Below are positions 19,185-32,000 of a stretch of 32,000 nt of DNA, one piece after another. Both the position numbers and the translations under genes were made by a program. Numbering within the stretch: position 1 is the stretch's first letter; every line of letters begins with the position of its first letter. This stretch comes from Bacillus subtilis subsp. subtilis str. 168 (GTDB lineage Bacteria > Bacillota > Bacilli > Bacillales > Bacillaceae), in NCBI RefSeq assembly GCF_000009045.1, contig NC_000964.3:300001-332000 (forward strand), written 5' to 3'. The notes under the pieces are model-generated. The model was not told the DNA's origin. It ran no database searches and saw only the letters and a program-made list of their open reading frames with translations.

Positions 19185-20352
19185 ATTGCGCCCGGGCTGT
19201 GGATTGGCGTTTCCCGGTTTTACTGATTGTCTGGTAGAGCGTCATAGAAAGTATGAACAGAATGGCAGTAAATCCTGTGACAGCTCCGAAATGCTGTGTG
19301 CTTTGATATAAAAAACCTGCAATACTTGTACCGACAGTGGTTCCGGCATACATAGCGGCATTGGAAAGGGAAGCGATGGTTCCTCGCGCATTTGGTGCAA
19401 TGGATTGAAAGACACCCATCATTAACGGAAAGATGATGCCAGCTGTAAAGAACGTGAGAAAAAAGCCGGCTTCTACTAAAAACAAGTTTGGAAAGAACGG
19501 AAGAGCGAAATAGAGAGCGCCCATTAGCAGCATCCCGCTGATCAGTGTTTTAAACATGCCCAGCTTTTCTGAAACCCGGCTGCCGATAAGGCTCCCGAGC
19601 ATATTTCCCAGTCCGAGTACAAGCATAGCTGCGCCAATTTGTGACACGGTTAAATGATAATCCGCGGAAAGCCAAGTACCCAGAAAGCTGAACGATGCGA
19701 AGTTTCCGGTTTGAAACAGAAAATAGGCAAGCAGAATGACCGATGTTTTCGGCAATGAAAAAAGCTCCCGATAGGGGTTGACAATTGATGGGCGCGCCAA
19801 TGGTTCAGAAGGCCGGATGCCAGGCATGACCGCCGCCAGGATCAATAGAAGAATAAGCGAGCACGCTGACAAAACGAAAAATGGCGTATGCCATGTAAAG
19901 GAAGCGAGAAACCCTCCAATAGGAAGTCCGAGCATTTGTGAAGCGGCCAAACCTGCTGTCGCAATCCCCATGCCTTTTATGATCTGAGAAGGCTGGACAA
20001 TGACTGGGATGGACGCCCAAATTTGAGGCGTCACAAACGCAGCGCTAACGCCTGCGGCAAAACGGAACAGGCACATGGCGGCAAAAGAGGGAGCGATGCC
20101 GCATAAAAATGTGGATACGATAAAGCCTGCAAGTCCCCACAGCATGACTGTTTTCCTGTTCAGCCGGTCTGAGATTGGGCCTGCAATGAAAGCGAAGAGT
20201 GCATAACCGAGTGCATAAGCACTGACCATCCAGCCTGACAAATCAGTAGAGACATGAAACTGATCCTGTAAAAGGGGGAGAAGCGGCGAAAGCAAAAAGG
20301 TATCCGTGCCAATGACAAACATGACACTGAAGAAAAGCCAAATGCGATTCAA
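19180..20352 (-). CDS. yceJ: YceJ, MFS efflux-type transporter
   Basis: 390 aa MFS ORF (GTDTFLLSPLLPLLQDQFHVSTDLSGWMVSAYALGYALFAFIAGPISDRLNRK), TTG start with SD GGAGTG. Confidence 0.92.
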   Translation of the reverse strand: MNRIWLFFSVMFVIGTDTFLLSPLLPLLQDQFHVSTDLSGWMVSAYALGYALFAFIAGPISDRLNRKTVMLWGLAGFIVSTFLCGIAPSFAAMCLFRFAAGVSAAFVTPQIWASIPVIVQPSQIIKGMGIATAGLAASQMLGLPIGGFLASFTWHTPFFVLSACSLILLLILAAVMPGIRPSEPLARPSIVNPYRELFSLPKTSVILLAYFLFQTGNFASFSFLGTWLSADYHLTVSQIGAAMLVLGLGNMLGSLIGSRVSEKLGMFKTLISGMLLMGALYFALPFFPNLFLVEAGFFLTFFTAGIIFPLMMGVFQSIAPNARGTIASLSNAAMYAGTTVGTSIAGFLYQSTQHFGAVTGFTAILFILSMTLYQTISKTGKRQSTARAQL

Positions 20353-20420
20353 ATTTTATCACTCCTATTGTTTTATAACTTTAAAACTATGAAACAGATA
20401 TGTATAGAGAAAACCCTTTG

Positions 20421-20708
20421 TTAGAGGGTTTCCAAAAAGCCAGGCAGGTATGTTTGAAATGTGTCTTCACGCAGACTGACGTATTTTGTCCGCGAATCTT
20501 TCCGGGTTGCCGTCAATCCCGCTTCACGCAGCGTTTTAAAATGATAAGATGCCGTGGTTTTGACAATATTGCACTTTTCACCTACTTCACCGCAGCTGAG
20601 TTCTTTTCCGCTGACATAAAGCGTACGAATAATGGCAAGCCTTGATTCATCAGACAGTGCTTTAAAAATTTGCGCTCTGATTTGATCATCTGATTGTTTC
20701 ATAGTCAT
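20421..20708 (-). CDS. yceK: YceK, ArsR-family transcriptional regulator (track start is 20723; start disputed, see findings)
   Basis: MTMKQSDDQIRAQIFKALSDESRLAIIRTLYVSGKELSCGEV... winged HTH. The ORF reaches 20723, but a -10 element overlaps codons 2-3. Confidence 0.85.
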   Translation of the reverse strand: MTMKQSDDQIRAQIFKALSDESRLAIIRTLYVSGKELSCGEVGEKCNIVKTTASYHFKTLREAGLTATRKDSRTKYVSLREDTFQTYLPGFLETL

Positions 20709-20714
20709 GAAACT

Positions 20715-20743
20715 ATAATACATAATGGGTGTTGAAAAAGCAA
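20715..20743 (-). promoter_or_regulatory. Candidate SigA promoter of yceK
   Basis: Minus strand TTGCTT-N17-TATTAT: -35 at 20743-20738, -10 at 20720-20715. Confidence 0.6.
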
Positions 20744-21012
20744 CTTATTTTTCCAGTAAAGGAGCAGGAAGTCATAAGAGGAAGGAGGAATTCAATTCCA
20801 ATAAAAGCGTTTTCAACTAAAGGTAGGAGAAAAATCACCCGTAAAATACAATCATATAGGAGGATTACAGAGCATTTAGAAGCATAAATAAGATCATGTG
20901 GTCACATGGATGTTTATAAAGAAATGGTACAGAATAAAAGAGAATATGCTGTTTGTGTGGGAAGTTACATAAATGTTACGGTAATAAAGATTGCTTAATA
21001 TGGAGGGAAAAT

Positions 21013-22269
21013 ATGAGTGTAGATGAGAAACCAATTAAGATAAAAGTCGAGAAAGTCTCTAAGATTTTTGGGAAACAAACAAAGAAGGCAGTTCAAATGC
21101 TTGCCAACGGAAAGACAAAAAAAGAGATCCTGAAAGCAACCGGATCAACCGTTGGGGTTAATCAGGCAGATTTTGAAGTATATGATGGTGAGATATTTGT
21201 CATCATGGGTCTATCAGGGAGCGGTAAATCAACTTTAGTACGGATGTTAAACCGGCTTATTGAACCGACTGCCGGAAATATTTACATTGATGGTGACATG
21301 ATAACAAATATGTCAAAAGACCAGCTCCGGGAAGTCCGCCGGAAAAAAATCAGCATGGTCTTCCAAAAGTTCGCTCTGTTTCCGCACAGAACGATACTTG
21401 AAAACACAGAATACGGACTGGAGCTTCAAGGTGTAGACAAACAAGAGCGGCAGCAAAAAGCGCTTGAGTCTCTTAAGCTCGTTGGACTGGAAGGATTTGA
21501 ACACCAATATCCCGACCAGCTTTCCGGCGGGATGCAGCAGCGTGTCGGCCTTGCCCGCGCGTTGACGAATGACCCGGACATCCTTCTGATGGACGAAGCG
21601 TTCAGTGCGCTCGATCCACTGATTCGTAAAGATATGCAGGATGAGCTTCTTGATCTTCACGATAATGTCGGAAAAACAATTATCTTTATTACGCATGACT
21701 TGGACGAAGCGTTGCGGATCGGCGACAGAATTGTCCTAATGAAGGACGGCAACATCGTTCAAATCGGCACGCCTGAAGAAATCCTGATGAATCCATCTAA
21801 CGAATATGTTGAGAAATTCGTCGAAGATGTTGATTTGTCTAAAGTCCTCACAGCAGGCCACATTATGAAACGCGCTGAAACAGTGCGGATTGATAAAGGG
21901 CCTCGCGTAGCATTGACACTGATGAAAAACCTTGGAATTTCTTCAATTTATGCAGTGGATAAACAAAAGAAATTATTAGGTGTTATCTATGCGTCTGATG
22001 CGAAAAAAGCGGCTGAGTCTGATTTGTCACTTCAAGACATCTTGAATACAGAATTTACGACTGTACCAGAGAATACGTATCTGACTGAGATTTTTGACGT
22101 TGTGTCCGATGCGAATATTCCAATTGCGGTTGTGGATGAGAAGCAAAGAATGAAAGGAATTGTCGTAAGAGGCGCGCTGATTGGCGCACTTGCCGGCAAT
22201 AACGAGTATATCAATGCTGAAGGCACTAACGAACAAACACAAGATCCTTCTGCACAGGAGGTGAAATAA
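21013..22269 (+). CDS. opuAA: OpuAA, glycine betaine/proline betaine ABC transporter ATP-binding protein with CBS domains
   Basis: MSVDEKPIKIKVEKVSKIFG; Walker A GLSGSGKST, signature LSGGMQQR, C-terminal CBS region. SD GGAGGG precedes ATG 21013. Confidence 0.96.
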   Translation: MSVDEKPIKIKVEKVSKIFGKQTKKAVQMLANGKTKKEILKATGSTVGVNQADFEVYDGEIFVIMGLSGSGKSTLVRMLNRLIEPTAGNIYIDGDMITNMSKDQLREVRRKKISMVFQKFALFPHRTILENTEYGLELQGVDKQERQQKALESLKLVGLEGFEHQYPDQLSGGMQQRVGLARALTNDPDILLMDEAFSALDPLIRKDMQDELLDLHDNVGKTIIFITHDLDEALRIGDRIVLMKDGNIVQIGTPEEILMNPSNEYVEKFVEDVDLSKVLTAGHIMKRAETVRIDKGPRVALTLMKNLGISSIYAVDKQKKLLGVIYASDAKKAAESDLSLQDILNTEFTTVPENTYLTEIFDVVSDANIPIAVVDEKQRMKGIVVRGALIGALAGNNEYINAEGTNEQTQDPSAQEVK

Positions 22270-22270
22270 G

Positions 22271-24000
<1,730 letters not shown>

Positions 24001-24002
24001 TC

Positions 24003-24035
24003 AAAAAAGCAGCCTGTGTCAGGCTGCTTTTTTTG
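24003..24035. terminator. Bidirectional-type terminator between opuAC and amhX
   Basis: AAAAAAGCAGCCTgtgtcAGGCTGCTTTTTTT. Confidence 0.93.
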
Positions 24036-24037
24036 CG

Positions 24038-25189
24038 TTAAGAAGCGTTAGCGGCAGCAAGTGATTCCGCCTTCTGAAATGTTTTGAGCACGGCGTTCGC
24101 CAAAATATGAATGCCGGTAAACATCGCATTTCTGTCAAAGGTCATGTGCGGATGATGGAGCCCCGGCTGGAGCCCGCAGCCTAGTCCGAGCATCGTTGTT
24201 TTCAGATTCGGCACCTTCACGGCGTAAAAATGGAAATCCTCGCCGCCGGTGGTGACAAGCGGGTCATCAAGCCGCTCAGCCCCGATGATTTCCGTAATGG
24301 CTTCTGCCATGATCGCTTCAGCTTCTTTATTTTGTGTTGCCGCAGGAAGGCTGTGTTCTTTGTGCAGCTCGATCTTTGCGCCAAATGCAGCGGCGGCCGC
24401 TTCACAGGCTCTTTCTGTTTCGGCGATTAATGCCTCCATGGCTTCATTGGTCTGTGCGCGCAAATCAAGGCTGAACGATGCTTTTCCTGGAATGATGTTA
24501 GAGCTTTCACCGCCGGCTTGCAGTTTTGTCATTTTGACGGTATGCGGGATTTGCGGGTCAATATGAATGAGTCCGAGCTTGTGTACAAGAAATGCCGCAA
24601 TTTCAATGCTGTTTTTCCCGAGGTGCGGACGGGCGCCATGAGCCTCTTCCCCGATGATCGTTCCCTCAATGTGCTGGCTTGATCCGTGCAGAATAGAAGG
24701 AGCGCAGCGGCCGTTCTGTGTTTCCTGGATCGGACGGACGTGAACGCCATACAAATAGTCGATATCATCAAGCACGCCTTCTTCTATCATTTTCAAGGCG
24801 CCGCCGCCTTTTTCTTCTGCCGGCTGAAAGATAAAACGGATTGTGCCCTTCGGAAGCTCAGGTTGTTTTTTTAGCAGCATTAACGTGCCCAATGCCATTG
24901 TCATATGTGAATCGTGTCCGCAGGAATGGTTGGCGCGAAATGTGCCGTTAACCTCCTGCCACAGCGCGTCAATATCAGCGCGTACCGCTACAACAGGTGA
25001 GCCTGAGCCGATTTCGCCGACAACCCCGGTGCAGTCTGAAAACGTGCGCGTCCGGCACCCTAAATCCTCAAGCTTTTGTTTCAAAAATGAAGTTGTCTCA
25101 TATTCCTTCCAGCTGACTTCAGGGTTCGCGTGCAGATGCTCGAAGATGTCCATAATGGTTTGTTTCATTTCTTCTGAAAGCTTTTGCAT
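24038..25189 (-). CDS. amhX: AmhX, M20-family amidohydrolase
   Basis: 383 aa; M20 motifs [36 protein letters not shown]. Confidence 0.92.
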
Positions 25190-25338
25190 GGTAAGAAATA
25201 CCTCCTTCTATCAGAATGAATTTTTACCTTCTTTACTTTATTTATATTGAAACAGGAAGATAGGCTGTATATAATATAGCACATATTGCTACTATTCAGA
25301 ATAATTAATATTTTCAAACAGAGGGGATGGATCGAAAT

Positions 25339-26772
25339 ATGAGTATGCCAGCAGCCGAAACACAGCCTAAGAAAAAACGTATGACATTTAAAATGCCTGA
25401 CGCCTATGTCCTCTTATTTATGATTGCTTTCATTTGCGCAATCGCTTCATATATTGTGCCGGCAGGTGAATTTGACCGCGTGACAAAGGGGGATGTCACG
25501 ACCGCTGTTCCGGGAAGCTATCATTCAATTGAACAGTCTCCGGTCAGATTGATCAGCTTTTTTACTTCTCTACAGGATGGAATGGTTGGATCAGCACCCA
25601 TCATCTTTCTGATTTTATTCACAGGCGGCACCATTGCTATTCTAGAAAAAACGGGTGCCATCAATGGCCTGATTTACAATGTCATCAGCAAATTCCGCAC
25701 AAAGCAATTATTATTTATTTGTATTGTCGGCGCATTGTTCTCCATTCTCGGAACAACCGGGATTGTCGTGAATTCAGTTATCGGTTTTATCCCCATCGGC
25801 CTCATTGTGGCACGATCCTTAAAATGGGACGCAGTCGCGGGAGCCGCTGTTATATACATCGGCTGCTACGCTGGATTTAACTCCACCATATTATCACCGT
25901 CACCGCTCGGTTTATCACAATCAATCGCGGAGCTCCCTCTTTTCTCAGGAATCGGCCTGCGAGTTGTGATATACATATGCTTTTTGCTGTCTTCTATTAT
26001 TTATATCTATTTGTATACGAGAAAATTAAAAAAATCAAAAGATGCCAGTGTGTTAGGAACAGATTGGTTCCCTGCGGCAGGAATGGGCGAAGCCGGTAAA
26101 GAAGAAGATCAGTCAGTGCCGTTTACCGTTCGCCATAAGCTGATTTTGGCTGTGGCGGGACTCTCACTTGTCGGATTTTTATACGGCGCTTTGAAGCTTG
26201 GCTGGTCAGATTCCCAAATGGCTGCGACATTTATTTTTATTTCTGTCCTTGCCGGTTTAATAGGCGGGCTTGCGGCGAACGATATTGCCAAAACCTTCAT
26301 TACGGGCTGCCAAAGTCTTGTATACGGGGCGCTGATTGTCGGGATGGCACGAAGCATTTCCGTTATCCTTGAAAATGGAAAGCTTCTCGATACTGTCGTC
26401 AATGCTTTGGCTTCACTTTTGGATGGATTCAGCCCGATTGCTGGGGCAATCGGCATGTATATCGCCAGTGCGCTGCTTCATTTTCTCATCTCTTCAGGTT
26501 CTGGCGAAGCCGTTGTATTTATTCCAATCCTGGCGCCGCTCGCTGATTTGATGGGAATCACGAGACAGGTTGCGGTTGAAGCGGTTATGCTTGGAGAAGG
26601 GGTCGTCAACTGTGTGAACCCGACATCCGGCGTTCTCATGGCGGTGCTTGCCGCCAGCGGTATTCCGTATGTCAAGTGGCTGCGGTTTATGGTGCCGCTT
26701 GCTCTGATTTGGTTCTTGATCGGGCTTGTCTTTATCGTGATCGGAGTCATGATCAATTGGGGGCCGTTTTAA
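25339..26772 (+). CDS. ycgA: YcgA, YfcC/C4-dicarboxylate or amino-acid transporter-like membrane protein
   Basis: Multi-pass [38 protein letters not shown] gives better spacing for ATG 25339 than 25327. Confidence 0.88.
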
Positions 26773-26779
26773 CGATTGC

Positions 26780-26807
26780 TGCCCGCCGGCTTGTACGGCG
26801 GGCTTTT
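26780..26807 (+). terminator. Rho-independent terminator of ycgA
   Basis: GCCCGCCGgcttgtaCGGCGGGCTTTT. Confidence 0.85.
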
Positions 26808-26887
26808 GAGTTATTCATTGCAGAAGCGCAGGCTGTTATTGTAACATGTAAGCCATAAGCCATTCGTAAAAGTGCGGGAGGAAGGTC

Positions 26888-27469
26888 ATGAATAATCTGC
26901 GTAATAGACTTTCAGGCGTGAATGGGAAAAATAAGAGAGTAAAAGAAAAAGAACAAAAAATCTGGTCGGAGATTGGGATGATAGCGGGAGCATTTGCGCT
27001 GCTTGATGTGATCATCCGCGGCATTATGTTTGAATTTCCGTTTAAAGAATGGGCTGCAAGCCTTGTGTTTTTGTTCATCATTATCTTATATTACTGCATC
27101 AGGGCTGCGGCATCCGGAATGCTCATGCCGAGAATAGACACCAAAGAAGAACTGCAAAAACGGGTGAAGCAGCAGCGAATAGAATCAATTGCGGTCGCCT
27201 TTGCGGTAGTGGTGCTTACGATGTACGACAGGGGGATTCCCCATACATTCTTCGCTTGGCTGAAAATGATTCTTCTTTTTATCGTCTGCGGCGGCGTTCT
27301 GTTTCTGCTTCGGTATGTGATTGTGAAGCTGGCTTACAGAAGAGCGGTAAAAGAAGAAATAAAAAAGAAATCATCTTTTTTGTTTGGAAAGCGAGGGAAG
27401 CGTTCACAGTTTCGGGCAGCTTTTTTTATAGGAACATTGATTTGTATTCACTCTGCCAAGTTGTTTTGA
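26888..27469 (+). CDS. ycgB: YcgB, predicted membrane protein of unknown function
   Basis: 193 aa ORF with SD GGGAGGAAGG and several TM segments (IAGAFALLDVIIRGIMF, LVFLFIIILYYCI, MILLFIVCGGVLFLL). Confidence 0.85.
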   Translation: MNNLRNRLSGVNGKNKRVKEKEQKIWSEIGMIAGAFALLDVIIRGIMFEFPFKEWAASLVFLFIIILYYCIRAAASGMLMPRIDTKEELQKRVKQQRIESIAVAFAVVVLTMYDRGIPHTFFAWLKMILLFIVCGGVLFLLRYVIVKLAYRRAVKEEIKKKSSFLFGKRGKRSQFRAAFFIGTLICIHSAKLF

Positions 27470-27493
27470 TAGAGTGATTGTGATAATTTTAAA

Positions 27494-27507
27494 TGTAAGC
27501 GTTAACA
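27494..27507 (+). promoter_or_regulatory. cre (amyO), CcpA operator of amyE
   Basis: TGTAAGCGTTAACA matches the CcpA cre consensus WTGNAANCGNWWNCA and lies 111 nt upstream of amyE. Confidence 0.92.
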
Positions 27508-27605
27508 AAATTCTCCAGTCTTCACATCGGTTTGAAAGGAGGAAGCGGAAGAATGAAGTAAGAGGGATTTTTGACTCCGAAGTAAGTCTTCAAAAAATCA
27601 AATAA

Positions 27606-29597
<1,992 letters not shown>

Positions 29598-29621
29598 GGG
29601 CAAGGCTAGACGGGACTTACC

Positions 29622-29652
29622 GAAAGAAACCATCAATGATGGTTTCTTTTTT
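29622..29652 (+). terminator. Rho-independent terminator of amyE
   Basis: AAAGAAACCATC-aat-GATGGTTTCTTTTTTG. Confidence 0.93.
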
Positions 29653-29689
29653 GTTCATAAATCAGACAAAACTTTTCTCTTGCAAAAGT

Positions 29690-29730
29690 TTGTGAAGTGT
29701 TGCACAATATAAATGTGAAATACTTCACAA
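29690..29730 (+). promoter_or_regulatory. Candidate Rex operator region of ldh-lctP
   Basis: TTGTGAAGTGTTGCACAAtataaatGTGAAATACTTCACAA contains a Rex-type palindrome (TTGTGAAGTG..CACAA) and an outer inverted repeat TTGTGAAGT/ACTTCACAA. Confidence 0.8.
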
Positions 29731-29770
29731 ACAAAAAGACATCAAAGAGAAACATACCCTGGAAGGATGA

Positions 29771-30739
<969 letters not shown>

Positions 30740-30770
30740 CCGCAACTTTAGAGTAAAGGGCTGATTGTCA

Positions 30771-32000
30771 ATGTGGGAGCAGTTGTATGATCCGTTTGGA
30801 AACGAGTATGTGAGCGCACTTGTGGCGCTCACTCCGATTCTCTTTTTTCTTTTGGCTTTAACTGTTTTGAAAATGAAAGGCATTCTTGCGGCATTTCTTA
30901 CCCTAGCCGTCAGTTTCTTCGTCTCCGTTTGGGCATTTCATATGCCGGTTGAAAAAGCGATTTCTTCTGTTTTGTTAGGAATCGGGAGCGGGCTGTGGCC
31001 CATTGGCTACATCGTCCTGATGGCGGTGTGGCTGTATAAAATCGCCGTGAAAACCGGGAAATTTACCATTATTCGGTCCAGCATTGCCGGCATTTCGCCT
31101 GACCAACGATTACAGCTATTATTAATTGGTTTTTGTTTTAACGCGTTTTTAGAAGGCGCGGCCGGTTTTGGTGTTCCGATTGCGATTAGTGCGGCGCTGC
31201 TCGTCGAACTTGGTTTTAAACCGTTAAAAGCGGCGGCGCTCTGCTTGATTGCAAACGCTGCCTCCGGAGCCTTTGGGGCGATTGGGATTCCTGTCATCAC
31301 AGGGGCGCAGATTGGTGATTTGTCTGCTCTTGAGCTGTCTCGGACATTAATGTGGACACTGCCGATGATCTCATTTTTAATACCATTCCTGCTTGTATTC
31401 TTATTAGACCGAATGAAAGGAATCAAACAGACATGGCCCGCTCTTCTGGTTGTGAGCGGTGGGTATACAGCGGTTCAGACACTGACAATGGCGGTGCTCG
31501 GGCCGGAATTAGCAAACATTTTGGCGGCCTTATTCAGCATGGGCGGGCTTGCCCTCTTCCTCCGCAAATGGCAGCCGAAAGAGATTTACCGCGAGGAAGG
31601 GGCCGGCGATGCTGGTGAGAAAAAGGCATACCGTGCCGCTGACATTGCGAAAGCGTGGTCTCCTTTCTACATTTTAACTGCGGCGATCACCATCTGGAGC
31701 CTTCCTGCCTTCAAAGCGCTTTTCCAAGAAGGCGGGCTGTTATATCAATCAACGCTCCTGTTCAAAATGCCTTTTCTGCATCAGCAAATTATGAAAATGC
31801 CGCCGATTGCGCCATCTGCCATGCCGTTAGATGCAGTCTTTAAAGTTGATCTGCTGTCAGCGACTGGTACAGCGATTTTAGCGGCGGTCATCGTGACAGG
31901 GCTGTTCAGCAAAAAGTTCTCCTCTCGGGATGCCTTTGCTTCCTTGAAGGAGACGGGAAAAGAGCTGTGGGTGCCGATTATGACGATCTGCTTCGTGATG
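30771..32000 (+). CDS. lctP: L-lactate permease LctP, partial (runs off the right edge)
   Basis: ATG 30771 opens [38 protein letters not shown]..., open to base 32000. Absent from the track because it is truncated. It closely follows ldh. Confidence 0.93.

Noticed and set aside
31007-31426. 139 aa minus-strand ORF
   Set aside because: Antisense to the open lctP frame; no independent coding evidence.

Overview
This looks like a contiguous, non-mobile piece of the Bacillus subtilis core chromosome. The identification is from recalled protein families and gene order; no search was run. Left to right: ycdA (partial, minus), the ycdB/ycdC paralogue pair, cwlK (minus), rapJ, ycdF-ycdG, the zinc importer znuA-znuC-znuB, yceB (minus), the Ter-type stress operon yceC-yceD-yceE-yceF-yceG-yceH, niaP (yceI), a ~186 bp structured repeat-like element flanked by two near-identical terminator hairpins, yceJ and yceK (minus), opuAA-opuAB-opuAC, amhX (minus), ycgA, ycgB, amyE, and ldh-lctP (lctP runs off the right edge). 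I see no CRISPR array, phage, IS element, rRNA or tRNA. The most system-like locus is the yceC-H Ter/TelA operon. It has three tandem TerD-family genes, a candidate ECF-sigma promoter, a TerC-family membrane protein, the poorly understood YceG, and a TelA-family protein; it is not new as a locus, but its mechanism is not settled. The most rewarding small-scale signals are: the ~186 bp element between niaP and yceJ; a near-consensus promoter that would make yceK leaderless; a 30-codon upstream ORF and palindrome in the opuA leader; a two-codon mini-ORF with a strong SD plus a hairpin in the amyE leader; and a terminator inside the predicted 5' extension of ycdC, showing that start is wrong. Hand-derived coordinates of non-coding features may be off by a few bases.
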